Assembly: GCA_951406725.2 (NCBI GenBank)
Contig: OX597823.1
Coordinates: 16,988,001 to 17,052,000, forward strand
Length of the DNA: 64,000 nt
From: Octopus vulgaris
Lineage: Eukaryota
Direction: 5' to 3'
The stretch's first letter is position 1. The number at the start of each line of letters is the position of its first letter. The position numbers were made by a program, and so were the translations under genes. A model generated the notes under the pieces. The model was given only the letters and a program-made list of their open reading frames with translations. It was not told the origin of the DNA and did no database searches. Shown one piece after another: positions 1 through 14,800 of this stretch.

Positions 1-233
1 ATCAAAGCCTGCAGGTATACAAGAATAGATTGGAAAGAAGAGAAATCAATATTTTCAGACTCCTACACTGCAGTTTACATGATAAACCTCTGCATGTTGG
101 AGTCTTACATTTAGCAGGCTTGTAATGATTTGCACCTACATGTTTCATCAACTATAAATGTGCCATAAATCTGTTCAAAGAGGGCTGACCGAGGCTACTT
201 AACAACAACAACAACGACAAGACGAATACTTAC

Positions 234-311
234 ACAGAGCTATAATCATTAAGACGGCAGGAACACCAAAAGCCAATGTGTAACAATCACCACCAAAACA
301 CTTGACATCAG
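234..311 (-). CDS. SLC15A1/2: SLC15 exon 8 (ADVKCFGGDCYTLAFGVPAVLMIIAL)
   Basis: tttacag acceptor, gtaagt donor, 78 nt, phase 1-1; CY.LAFGVP motif typical of PepT. Confidence 0.95.
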
Positions 312-3300
312 CTGTAAAAGGATAAAAAAGACAAAATGAATTTAATGTCAATTATGTCAAAATTTCACTGAGAGAGAATGTGGAGTTTCAAACTGCACAA
401 AATGTGAAAGAGACCTGGATAGATCAAAACTACAGCAGTTCAGTTTTACAACCTAGATTTTCTTCCTTTAGGGTTGGTCCCAAATTTTGTTTCAGAGTAA
501 AAGTGCTGTGAAGTAATTGCTTTTATAAAATTTCACTCACAAGGGTTTGGTTGACCTAACATTATCAGCATCAACATTTGATGTCCGCTCTTCCACGCTT
601 GTATGGATCAGATGGAATTTGATGAGGCAGACTTTCTACAACTGGGTGCCTTTCCTGTCGTCCACCTGTTTCCAGGCAAGCTAATATATTCCCATAGCCT
701 GACATGTTTTTCATGGAAGACTGGAATCAAGCAACCTTGCTTGTATGACAATGATGCTCATTTACGACCATTATGTTATATCTAGACAAAGATACATACA
801 AGCGCACATACATGCATATACATGTGTGCGTGAGTGTGTGAGAGAGAGAGAGAGAGAGAGATGAGCTTCTTTCAGTTTTTATCTATCAAATCCACTCACA
901 AGGTTTTGAATGACCCAAGCCTATAGTAGAAGACAGCTGCCCAAGGTGCCATGCAGTGGGACTGAACCCATGACCACATGGTTGTAAAGCAAGTTTCTTA
1001 ACCAAATGGGCACGCCTGTGGAAAACCCTTACCCCAAATTCCATTGGCAAGATTGAAAGTTGATGAAAATAGACCATGTGATTGAAAAGCAAACTTGTTA
1101 ACTGCACAGCAATTTGAGATGATTTTTTTTTCGGTAAGTTAATCTTAAGAAATTAGATAGAATAAATGATATTGCATAGCTTACCTCTAAGGACTGGAGT
1201 TAGCAAAGTAGAAAGAAGACTTCCAGCATTGACAGCAAAATAGAAGACAGAGAAAAAACTTTGTACTAACTTTTCCTAAAACAAAAAAAAAAAAAAGGGT
1301 ATTGGAGGAAAGTGAAAGTTGAACTTCTAGTGAGTCAAATAACATTTTCTCTGAAAGAGAAACACTTTAAAATATTATATCGCTATCATATATACATCTT
1401 GATTTCTGATTCAGGTACAAGGTCACACACATTCACAGAAGAAAATGAGATTGTGTGACATTTATGCCTTTTTTTCTGTAAGTGTCAAAAGATATTCTGA
1501 GTAGAATTGAAACTACAACAGCTCAGTTCTTGACAACTGGTTCACTTTGAGCTAAGTTTTAATCCACTCTTTACAATCAGATCAGTTCTGCTTACACTCA
1601 CAATAGATTATTTCATATACAGCGTGAAGTAATGTTGTAATGTATATATATAAACCCAGTGACTTTTTTTCAAAGCATTACCTCCTTTTATATATAAGTA
1701 GCCAATGAGGGAGTCATTGCAAGTGACTATCACAAGCCACACATATCCCTAGTTACCTTAATGATCAGTAGATTACAGAGCATGGAACTCTGTCAAATGC
1801 CTTCTCTAAATTGATGAATGCTAAGTATATAGGCTTACTCTTAGCTAAACATTTCTACAGCTGTCTCATTTAGAAACTACATCTTATCTAGGCTAATTCT
1901 ATTCCTAATCCATTTTGTATTTAAAATAACTAAAAAAGCAAATACAAATGATAATGAATACATACCTCTCCTTTGCCAAATTGGTCTCCTCCAAAGGCTG
2001 CAACACATGGCTTTATACCACCAGTACCAGTGGATATTAACAATAATCCTACCATTGGACCAGCACTGGAAATGAAAAAAAAAGTATGTATGTAAAATTC
2101 ATCTTAAACAAGATGGAATGACAGTTTTTCATTGCAAATAATAATTCTTTCGTTATTTTTATTCTCAAAATGTTGAGGAAGTAAAAATATTTATTCTGTA
2201 TTGTGCTGGTGCCTTGAATAAAAAAAAAAGATAACAATAAAAACCTCTCAGTCCATTCTGTAAATGTTTGGCAACTCAAATCAAGTACTGAGGGCAAGGC
2301 AACTTCTATATGTCATGAAAACATGCACCCAGTATCCTCTGTAGAGTGGGTGGTATTAGAAAGAGATCCACCCATAGACACCATGTTAAAACTGAGACAT
2401 TGGAGCAGACTATGGCCTTTCAGCTAGTTGGATCTTGTTCGAATGCTCAACCCATGCGAGCATGGATAAGAGGGGTAAAATAATGACAGTGATGGAAGTG
2501 ATTATGACAAGGATAGAAAACTGGAGTTTAAACCAATTCTGAAAAGAACAATATCAACTGCTGGCAACCTTTGGCTAACCGCTGAGCAGTGCTTCTCCTA
2601 GTCATTTTAATTACTGTTAAAACAGTCTCTGCTCCATTCCAGCTGGCTCTGTGTAACCCATAGCCCTGTATTGCCTAAGATAACAGTCTCTCTTCTTCCT
2701 ACTACATCTTTGTATTATAAGACAACTAGAGAAGAAAAAATAGAGCTCATGATCTTTTTTGGATCCCCAAAACTGATGAGATTGATACAGTCGATATGCC
2801 ACACAAAACATCCATAGGTCTGTGTCTGATGCCTGAAAATCGTGAATGAAGAGTGAATTTCTTGTTTGGTTTCTTTGTTTCATTTATAGGAGTAGAAGAA
2901 CCAGTCCAAGTGACAACATAGGTGAGTTAGGTACAATGAATTCAGGGTGAATACTTGATAAGTGTAAGCACCTGTATATACCAGCTAGTGGTATAGGTGA
3001 TAGGATATATGTATCAAAAGAAAAACAGGACGCAAAGGATTTTGCGGTACATATGTTTCGGGCTTTACTGAACAACTTATATCAATGCATAATTGATATA
3101 ATTTATATCAATGCATAATGGAGTAGAAGAACCTGTAACTCAGTTGTTTCTGAAAACACCACTTCAATCATGGTAGCTTCAAACTAGTAACTTGAAATCC
3201 TGTTTTCACAGGAGCGTCAGTCACAAAATGATATACACTGGGATACAGGACTCCACATCAATAATAAAGCAGTCTCATGAGCCCTTGCTTTAACTGGCAG

Positions 3301-4068
3301 TAGGCCTCCACTGGGTAAACGCTTCTACCTGTATTGTGGAAACGTTTTAGATTAATCTAACCCAAATCTAAATTTACAGAGATGATTAAAATTAAAAAAA
3401 GGTCGTCCGCTTCAAAATAAAAACGACTCCACCACCACCTCTCCCATCAATACAGTACAAGTACTGAACCTCTTATCCAGAATACAGGAATCTCGAATTA
3501 CTAGAAACTTGGCTATTTTTGAACTGGCTAGCTTTGAATCTCATGGGCTGTAGTAGTTCGCCACACGACCGCTTTGTTTTGGTTTCCATAGCATATGCAT
3601 CACACAACGCCAGTTCCTGTGTGACTGCTGCTGTGTGGATGCCCTCCTCTCACAGTTAAGAAGTTATTTGTTGTAATTTATTATAATTTTTATTTATTAC
3701 TGGGTCTAAAAGGCCAGTGTCCAGAAATCCAGAAAATCTAGAAATCTGGACCACCTCTGGTCACAAGCTTCCTGGATAAGAGGTTTTTGAGACCTGTACT
3801 TGTTTTGGTACTTCCAATAGCCAAACCATTTCTCTAAGAAAAACAGACATCAGCAATATGATGGACGGGAAAAAAAAAACCAAATCAGGAATCAATAGGC
3901 GCAGGAGTGGCTGTGTGGTAAATAGCTTGCTAACCAACCACATGGTTCCGGGTTCAGTCCCACTGCGTGGCATCTTGGGCAAGTGTCTTCTGCTATAGCC
4001 CCAGGCCGACCAATGCCTTGTGAGTGGATTTGATAGACAGAAACTGAAAGAAGCCCATCGTATATATG

Positions 4069-4099
<31 letters not shown>

Positions 4100-5320
4100 T
4101 TGTGTTTGTCCCCCTAGCATTGCTTGACAACCGATGCTGGTGTGTTTACGTCCCCGTCACTTAGCGGTTCAGCAAAAGAGATCGATGGAATAAGTACTGG
4201 GCTTACAAAGAATAAGTCCCGGGGTCGATCTGCTCGACTAAAGGCGGTGCTCCAGCATGGCCGCAGTCAAATGACTGAAACAAGTAAAAGAGTAAAGAGT
4301 AAGAGAATAATGTTGTTGGTAGTAAGGCAATGAGGTGGCAGGGTCATTAGCACACTGGACAAAATGCTTAGCACTATTTCATCTGCCATTACGTCCTGAG
4401 TTCAAATTTCACTGAGGTCAACTTTGTTTTCATTCTTCCGGGGTCAATTAGACAAGTACCAGTTACGCACTAGGGTCGATGTAATTGACTTAATCCTTTC
4501 GTCTATCCTTTGTTTGTCCCCTCTATGCTTAGCCCACCCCTGTGGGAAATAAAGAAATAAATATTGTTGTTGGTAGTTTCTCATGTCCAAGAAAGGGGAT
4601 TCCACAATTTCTTACAGAACAGCCAGCACAGATGATTTGTTTATAGGGATCAAATGTATGCACTGTTCATGAATCACCTCCTCCAACAAATTGACATTAC
4701 CTGTACAGGTGCATGGTGTGTCATATGTCTGATGTCAAAGGAATTGCAGAGCAACATGAAATGAAGTGTTTTGCTCAAGAACAGAACCCATCACCCACAC
4801 CAGGAATCGAAACCATGATCTTGCAATCGCAATTGCAACATTTTAACCACTAGGCCATGTGCCTTTGTATTTCCTTACAGTCCTGTATTAAAATTTTACC
4901 CAGGTCAAACTGTCTAATTCCCCCCCCACCCCAGGTGTTTAAAATAAGTACCTGCTTACAGTTACAGAGCTGGGGAGATCTCTCGGTATACTGGTTTATA
5001 CTCTTTAAGGCAATGGTCCAACATGCTCACAGTCTAATGACTGTAACCATTAAATGTGTAGAATAATCAAATGTTAAAAAAAAAAAAAAAACAAATGAGA
5101 AAACAACAAAAATACTTACATTTCTGGTGGTGGAATGGCAGTAAGAGCCATAACTATATTTCCCACTGCATAGAGGATAGAAACATAAAGAATGGTTCTA
5201 AAAAAAAGAAAAAAAAATTTTAATTTTTAAATGTTATACAAAACCAATTTTAGCATATGTATATATATATATATATATTAGAAGAAATATAATCAGAAGA
5301 TTGATGTTTATATTTACAGA

Positions 5321-5365
<45 letters not shown>

Positions 5366-5795
5366 TATATGTATATATTAGAAGAAATGTGGGGTTTTCT
5401 AATCAGAAGAGTTCCTGTGATGGTTTTAATCATTTTATAGATTTTATTTATGATATTACATATTTGTAATATATAAATATCATATCTGTACTTAGATCAT
5501 TGCGCTTTCTCCCATTCCTCATGGGGTTCTTCTAATCAAACTGAGTTCCTGTGTGGAGAATTTTAATCATTTTATAGAGTTTGGAGAAAGCGCTAATGGT
5601 CTAAGTGATATGGATATATATAGTAAAAAAATGTTTCATACATGAAACGATCTGTACTAATAACCTATCCATTCTTGTTGCTTCTTTCTCGCTTATAATC
5701 ACCCCACATTACTTCTTGTTAAAACAGTATATACATCTAAGTTAGGTACCATCATCTCAAAAATTCATTTAAATTAACTTGAATATATTGCTTTG

Positions 5796-5829
<34 letters not shown>

Positions 5830-8800
5830 TATATACACATATACATACACACACACCCCTTCATGTCTCTTTGACACACAATTACTGACACCCACCTGCT
5901 CTTCACACACACACCCACACACACACTTGCCTATATTCCTCTACACTTCAGCATTCCTTGTTTTGGCTGGCATCTTTGAATCACCCAATTCTTTATTCCC
6001 TTCTGCTTGTCAGTTGTGCTTGAATTCTATTTTCACTTTTTAGTCTGAACAACAGCCACAACCACCACTTTTCCAACTACTTGCTTCCTCTTGCATTCAA
6101 TATTAAAAACCATTTTTTGGTCTTTTAGGATTGATTCCAAAAAAAAAAAACGAAAAAAAAAAAAAAAACATTTTTTCCTCTCTCACTGCCATTCACCATT
6201 TTCTTTCTTCTCTGCACCATATGTGTGACAATGTCTGGATTTCCGCCTTTGTTTGTAAAAGTTATTTCCTTTGTTTTGATTCTGCGTCATTTTTCTGAAC
6301 ACTTTTTACCATCTTTTGAATATTTCACCAAATTCCTTGGATTTTTTTTCTCACCACAGAATTCAAACAGTTTTCGCTCATTTTCCAATTTTAGCTTAAA
6401 TCTTTCCAGCTTTGTTTCACAATTCCTTCATGCTTTTGTTATGCATTTGCACACACTTCAGTAACACTTTGCTCTTGTCATCACATGTACTCCATCAATA
6501 CCTTTATTCCCAAACACTCATATGTCAACACATATACACTCTTAATATTATCCAACAAACAATGAAGACCATGGGATAAACCTAGAAAGTTCCTCTCCAA
6601 GGTACAAATCCGGGTAAGGTTGGTTTATGGAAGACCAGCAGTCGCCCATTCATATCAGCCTCCCTTTTCCATGCCACAGATGTTATCCAAGAGAAAGGCA
6701 AACACCAATAAAGATTGGCACCAGTGATGTTGCAACTCATTTCTACAGCCGAGTGAACTGGAGCAATGTGAAATAAAGTGTCTTGTTCAAGTACACAACA
6801 CAGAGCCCGGACTGGGAATCGAACTCACAATCTCATGGTTCCGGGTTCAGTCCCACTGCGTGGCACCTTGGGCAAGTGTCTTCTACTATAGCCTCAGGCC
6901 GACCAAAGCTTTGTGAGTGGATTTGGTAGACGGAAACTGAAAGAAGCCCGTCGTGTATATATATATATATATGTGTATATATATATGCGTGTGTGTGTTT
7001 GTGTGTCTGTGTTTGTCTGCCTAGCGTTGCTTGACAACCGATGCTGGTGTGTTTATGTCCCTGTTACTTAGTGGTTCGGCAAAAGAGACCGATAGTATAA
7101 GTACTGGGCTTACAAAAGAATAAGTCCCAGGGTCGAGTTGCTCGATTAAAGGCGGTGCTCCAGCATGGCCGCAGTCAAATGACTGAAACAAGTAAAGAGA
7201 GTAAAAAGTATATGACAAAGAAATATAAGCAAGTGATTGAAAGTTGTGTTGAAGACCTGGAAAAACAGGCAAAAGTGTCGCTGATGATATACACAATCAC
7301 ACACACACACACATACAGAAACATAAAGACATATACATACACACACAAAAGTATTGATGTGTTATACTTACTTGTATTTACCCAGAAAACTGTCAGCTAT
7401 CAATGCACCGATCAACGGTGTGAAATAACAGAGCATATTAAAGACATGAAAAACAGATGTAGCTGCGTTTGGTTGCAACAGAAGATATTTTGTGAGGTAC
7501 AATATCAGGATAGCTGAAATAAAAAATAACAATATTGATAGTTTTTATTGGTCACAAGGGCACAAATCATTGGGAACAGTACAAAGATTAAACACAAAAT
7601 CAGTGAAAAAGAATACATAACAACATAATGCTAACGAGGTCCCCTTCACTATAACAGCTTATAAACTGTTTATAATCCACAGAACTGTTGATAAATTCCA
7701 CAAATGAAGTTTATTAACAGTTGATAAACGGCAAAACTGTTTATATACCTAATTTCTTTACTACCCACAAGAGCTAAAATCACAAAACAGAGACAAAGAA
7801 ATTTTTGATAAATTACAAAACTGATTAAGTCGATTATATCGACCCCAGTGCGTAACTGGTACTTATTTAATCGACCCCGAAAGGATGAAAGGCAAAGTCG
7901 ACCTCGGCAGAATTTGAACTCAGAAAGTAGCGGCAGACGAAATACTGCTAAGCATTTCATCCAGTGTGCTAATGATTCTGCCAGCTTGCCACCTTGCTAA
8001 TGATTCTGCCAGCCTCGTCTGGCACCTGTGTCCGTGGCATGTAAAAAAAAAAACACCATCCGAGCATGGCCGTTCACCAGCCTCGTCTGGCACCTGTGTT
8101 GGTGGCACATAAAAAGCACCCACTACACTCACGGAGTAGTTGGCGTTAGGAAGGGCATCCAGATGTAGAAACTCTGCCAGATAGGACTGGCCTGGTGCAG
8201 CCTTCTGGCTTCCCAGACCCCAGTTGAACTGTCCAACCCATGCTAGCATGGAAAGTGGACGTTAAACGATGATGATGATGATGATATGTAATGTTTCCTT
8301 ACCTTTCATCCCATAAAACGAGAATCTTTCACAGCATTCATTTCCAATAATATAGTAAATACTCGAAGGGAATCTAGTCTTCATTGTAATAATTTTCTGA
8401 AAATAATAGGAAGACAAGTTATGAAATGATGATTTAAATACATTGAGGTGGTGAATAAAACAATGAGTACAAGAGGCTCTTTCAGTTCCATTTTGGAGCT
8501 AATTTTCTTAATTGCTGCTGTTAATGTTCAATGGATAAGGCCTGAACATCACAACATCCTATTTCCCCCCTCCCTCTTTTGTAATTAGTTAAAACGAAAA
8601 TTAGAATTTTAAGATCAAATTTTGTTTGGGGCTAACTTTACCTTACCTCTATCAGATATAAGTAGGTACCAGTAATATACTGGTTCAATTCAACAGATTA
8701 TGTCCTCTCACTAACAAAATAGTTGAACAAGTTAAAAATAATAGATATCCTATATCAAGAATGGCCAGAGCCATGTATGACCATCATGAGATATTTGAGA

Positions 8801-11800
8801 GCCACAAAACAAATTTCATAATTCTGGACAAATGATTATCAATTGGGACCATAACACTTTTGTTCTTATTCAGATAGCTTAGTGGAAGAGGTAAAAACAA
8901 TTTTCATGGCCTTTGCAGAGTCTTTTAAACTAATGGTGGTGATGTGCATGTGGTGGTGGAATGGAGAGAAGAAACTATGATTCTAGGGTTACAACTGAAA
9001 GCAGCAAATCATATCAAGGTTCAGTTGTATGTAGTCCACTGTCATACATGTGGATGCACACATTGAAATGAAGCAATTAACAATCTGTATTCTGTATATA
9101 GTGGAGGCGCAATAGCCCAGTGGTTAGGGCAGCAGACTCACGGTCGGAGGATCGTGGTTTCGATTCCTAGACTGGGCGTTGTGTGTGTTTATTGAGCAAA
9201 AACACCTAAAAGCCCCAAGAGGTTCTGGCAGGGGGTGGTGACCCCTGTTGTACTCTTTCGCCACAACTTTCTCTCACTCTCTCTTCCTGTTTCTTGAGTA
9301 ACGCTGCGATGGACTGGCATCCCCTCCAGCTGGGGGGAACACATACGCCACAGAAACCAGGAAACCGGGCCCATGAGCCTGGCTAGGCTTGAAAAGGGCG
9401 ACATTTATCATATTCCGTATATACTCATGGGGATAGGTTGCATCCTTAGTTTAAGGTTATCAAAATAGGTATTTCTGGTTGACTTGCAGATAGGTCACAC
9501 TAAAATCTGGGGAGTTACAATGGCCCCTTTATAACATAATCTAATATTTATTAAAAATTATCAAATATTCACCTTTATTTCAAAACTTTGCTTACAAATA
9601 TCAAAACATTTTTGCAGAAGTGACTTTATGAAAGTAGCCCAATTGATAAATCAACTCGACTACTGATATGCTGCCATCTACTTCAGATCCCTGTGATGTT
9701 AAGCGAATAGGTCACATCCCTGATTTTTATCGGAATTTTCAGAAGAAAAAATGCGACATATCCACAATTATATACGGTAATCCTTTTTACCCAGAAAACT
9801 GAGGTAAATATTTAGTTCCAGAATACTGCATCCTCTAGAAATTCTCTCCCCAGTCATGTCCCCATCAGTTAAACACTGATTTTCAACAAGCCAAACTGAG
9901 TATCAGGCTCATAAATATCATCTATCTGACCCTCTTCTTGGGTCTAGTGTAGACAAGAAACATGGAAAGTCTGAGTCTTGAGAGCAAGGCACCAAACTTC
10001 CTACAATGATAACCACCTCTCTTACTTATCCCACCCCCCAAACAGCCACAAATATGCACAAATTACAGGTGAACTTACCTTTATTCGACCCCAAGCTTTG
10101 CCACTCAGTTTATTATTAAATTCGTTGGTAGCTACAATTTTATGTTCTGCAAAGATACACAAATAAGAAAAACTAATTAGAATATATAAAATATATAATA
10201 TCATAGAAGCAGGAAATATAAAGGAATTATAATTTGAGTTTGTTTCTTTTTCTAGACATTCTCTGGTGGTGGGCTGGATAACGAAATTTCAAATTTATAA
10301 AAACTGAGATGTGGTTGTGATGGCAGTATGGCAGTGATGGTGGAACATCAAAATTTCTTTCTGAAATCAAATTCAAATTTTTTATTTTTCACTGAAAAGA
10401 AAAAAAAAATAATAATAATGATGGTGAAGAAGAAGAAGAAGAAGAAGAAGAAGAAGAAGAAGAAGAAGAAGAAGAAGAAGAAGAAGAAGAAGAAGAAGGA
10501 GAAGAAGAAGGAGAAGAAGAAGAAGAAGAAGAAGAAGAAGAAGAAGAAGAAGAAGAAGAAGAAAAAGAAGAAGAAGAAGAAGAAGAAGAAGAAGAAGATG
10601 AAGAAGAAGAAGAAGAAGAAACCTCTAGGTAGTTTCTTTTGATCTTCTGAGGAAATTAAAAATTTTTCTTTTTGAATTTGAAAATTCAAACCCTGCATCA
10701 CATCTCAAAGAAAAAAAAAAAAATCAAATATTGTTCTAATAAATAGAATAAAAAACTGGATTTGAAATTCTAGATGAAAGTTCATTAGGCCAACAATACA
10801 CATACAAAACCTTAGCGATTAGATAAGTTCCAACTAATTAGAGAGATCTTAGGGCTTAGATAAGTTCAGGCCATGTTTAATTTAATATCACTTCCTGATA
10901 AAAACAACACCTACAACTGAAATAAATAACCAAAAACTAATATTGTGCAGAGTTTGGTAATTAAATGTCCATAATTCAACTTAGATCAGCATTTCTGACT
11001 TCTTTGTTTTACGTTTTTTTACTCCAATTTTAAAATGAAAATATGAGCTTTCAAATTGCCCAGAAGCAATGCTAAATATATTTATATCTTTATATATAAA
11101 AGTGAAGTTGTGTGTCTGTCTCCTACAATTTAGATTCCTAACTACTCCCACATTTTGCGGTGTAGTTTAACCAAAACCGGGTATCTTATAGTCGTGATTC
11201 GTATCGAGCTCTTCTGGGTATTAGCGTGCGTCTACGATGAGTCTACGATTTTAGAAATAATTTACCATCATTTTTTTCCATTTTAATGCATTTTTTCGCT
11301 ATTATATAAGGGAAGTAACTCTCTAAAAATGTCTACGATGAGTCAACGATTTAAAAAAAAATTTACCATCATTTTTTTTTCCATTTTTAATGCATTTTTT
11401 TGCTATTTTTTGGCTATAACTCTCTGAAAATGCTTATATAGTTATTTCCCTTACAAACCCAAGCAACGCTGGGTGATACTGCTAGTCTTTTAAATGAAAT
11501 CTCTGTCATGAATGCTTAATACTGGTTTTAGAATAGCTATTTTCACAGTTGCAGCATGGAAGGTGTTTATAAGCCATTTAAGAAACACACAGAAACCGTT
11601 AGATTCACTTCAACATTTAAATTTAATTTGTCAAAATATTTTCGTCGATTTGAGACTGTGACCTGTTCACTGACAAAACTTCAGCATTTTCTTAATAGTT
11701 TGGCTGAGAGAAAGAGCAGGCACCCATAGCCTTGCAGTGGATAGGGCAGTGCTTATGGTTGTACAAGACGGCTGTGCTAATGGCTGTACCCATAGCTGTG

Positions 11801-14800
11801 TCTACAGCTGTACTTAGCCAAAGACAGATAAGCCAAACTATCAAATAAAACAGGGCAGTCAAAATACCTATAGCTGTGTTCATGGCTGTACCTATGATTG
11901 TACTTGGTCACTAGTACAGTCATGAGTATAACCATGGGCACAACCCATTTCTCCAAGCCAAATTATTAATGAGAAACGTTGTTGCCAGAGCAACAAGCTG
12001 GCCTCCGTGCTGGTGGCACATAAAAAGCACCATTCAAGCATGATCATTACCTGCGTCGCCTTACTGGCACTTGTGCTGGTGGCATGAGGAAAAAAATTTG
12101 AGCGTGGTCGTTGCCAGTGCCGCTGGACTGGCTCCTGTGCAGGTGGCACATAAACAGCACCATTTGAGTGTGGCCGTTGCCAGTACTGCCTGATTGGCCC
12201 TCGTGCCAATGGCACATAAAAGCACCCACTACACTCCCGGAGTGGTTGGCGTTACAAAGGGCATCCAGCTGTAGAAACTCTGCCAGATCAGATTGGAGTC
12301 TGGTGCAGCCATCTGGTTCGTCAGACCTCAAAAATTCCAATTCTAAAGGGTCAAAACAAGCCCGAGCAATGCCGGGCAATACTGCTAGTATATATATATA
12401 TATATATATATCTTCATCATCACCATCATCATTTGATGTCCGTTTTCCATGCTGGCATAGGCTAGCTTGTTTGACTGAAAACTGGTAAGCTGAGGAGCTG
12501 CACCAGATTTCAATCTGATCTGGCATGGTTTCTATGGCTGGATACTTTTCTAATGCCAACCACTCCAAGAGTGTAGTGAGTGCTTTTTACATACCACCAG
12601 CACAGGTGCCAGTTATGAAACACTGGCATTGGCCACAATTAAGATCTCATTTGGCTTGTCAGGTCTTCTCAAGCACAGTATACTGCCAAAGGCTTCAGTC
12701 ACTTGTCACTACCTCTGTGAGGCCCAAAGTTCAAAGGGAGCTTTTTTACATGCCATTGGCACAAGTGCCAGGTATGTGACACTGGCATTGGCCATGACTA
12801 TGATTTCACTTAGCTTGACAGATCTTCTGAAGTACAGCATATTGCCTGATGTTCAAAGGATGATTTCATGTGCCACCGGTATGAATGCCAGTTACATGAT
12901 ACTGGCATAAATCACAACTGAAAAGCACGACTTGCTTTCAAGGGTCTTCTCGAGCACGGCATATTGTCAAAGGTTTCAGTCACTAGTCATTGCCTCCACG
13001 AGGCCCAACATTTGCAGAGGCCTAAAACAAGTCTCAGTCAGAATTTCTGATCGTGAATTTTCATTAGTTCAATCAACTAAAGTAACTGTTCATTGAATTA
13101 ACACAACTGATGTAAGTGACTGAGTATCTCACAGACACGCATCATCTCTTATGATAAAAGGCAGATTTTCTCTGCCTGTGACTATGTTTCTTTTTAATAC
13201 AATTGTACAATATAGAATTTCTTCAATTGGAATTTACCTATGATTTTTCGAAGTAGATTCGATTGGGTCATGGCATATACATTTTTTTCAATTTCACCCC
13301 CAATTAAGCAAAAATTCGAGAAAACTCAATATTTTACGATTTGCCTCTCTCATTTCAAATGCTTTACTCCTGCTATTACCACACTTTCTCCTACTTTCTC
13401 TTTGCAAGTGTATACCACTATCATATCCTCTTTCTGCAACTCTTATTCAACATCACACATTCTGCTACTTTCTCTTATTAATGCTTAAACCAATCCTCAA
13501 GAAAAATAAGGAAACAGAGATCTGTCGCTAACTTTTGGTAGTATTCATTGGCGAGCGTACTTCAGTTGTCAATTGTTGAAAGAAAGAAATTGTAAGCTAA
13601 GAAGGTGTGTGCATGTGTGTGTGTGTGTAGGAAGTGAAGGATAAAAATATGGCAAGAAGTGGACAGATGTACATATATACATACATACATCCATACATGT
13701 GAGTGTGTGTGTGTGTGTGTATGTGTATTAATGTGTGTGTGTTATCTCTCTCTATATAAAGCTGAAGTTGTCTGTGTGCGCCAGGTTTGGTAGCCTTCAA
13801 CTAACACTATCTCCTCCGAGACTCTTCAGCGCAAGTTGACCAAAATTGAGAGTATGATAGAAGAAGGGTTGCTCTTCCTTCAGTAGAAGATAAAATTCAA
13901 ATCGGACCATGTTAACACCAAAAATTATTTACATCAAAAAGGTGCTTTTTTCTATGAAAATCCCTATATTTTTTTACGATTTTTTCACTCTGTGTCGCCA
14001 CTTTCCGGTGTATTTCAACCAGAAAAATGTTCACTTGAAGAGAATAACAAGCTACATAATGCAAAATTTTTACTTTTCAAAAATTCCAATTCCAGCGGGT
14101 CGAAACAAACCCGAGCAACGCCAGGCGATACTGCTAGTTTCTGATATCTTCTGGTAAACACAGCATAACATAGTGAGTAACAATGCTGGATCTCTGAATC
14201 CATCTACCCAAATTTTTCCTCTCTTACTCTCTTTTACTTGTTTCAGCCATTTGACTGCACCCGTGCTGGAGCACCGCCTTTAGTCGAGCAAATTGACCCC
14301 AGGACTTATTCTTTGTAAGCCTAGTACTTATTCTATCGATCTCTATTGCCAACCGCAAAGTTATGTGGACATAAACACACCAGCATCGGTTGTCAAGCGA
14401 TGTTGGGGGCACAAACACACACACAAATATACACACACACATACATATATACATACATATATACAATGGGCTTCTTTCAGTTTCCGTCTACCAAATCCAC
14501 TCACAAGGCTTTGGTCAGCCCGAGGCTATAGTAGTTGCCCAAAGTGCCATGCAGTGGGACTGAACCCGGAACGGTGTGGTTGGTAAGCAAGCTACTTACC
14601 ACACAGCCACTCCTGCACCTATGTTTTTGCTTTTTTGTACTCATAGATTGAAAGGAATTTATTGAAGTGGGTTATTTACAGCCTGATGTCCTGCCTTACA
14701 GTTGCAAACACTCACCTGTTTCTAAGTAAGGTAATATTTTTCTATGACTAGATATGTTTCCACCAAAGTTTGGTAATGATGGACACCACTTGCATAACAG

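Noticed and set aside
2772-2800. CTGATGA-GATTG-ATA-CAGTC-GATA hammerhead-like motif
   Set aside because: GATA instead of GAAA and no closing stem I
3761-4333. Recurrent ORFs such as RLPNPLTRLWSARGYSRRHLPK and MLQHGRSQMTETSK
   Set aside because: Chance frames in non-coding SINE-A copies; they recur wherever the SINE occurs
10328-10701. Poly-K and poly-F ORFs
   Set aside because: Translations of the (GAA)n microsatellite
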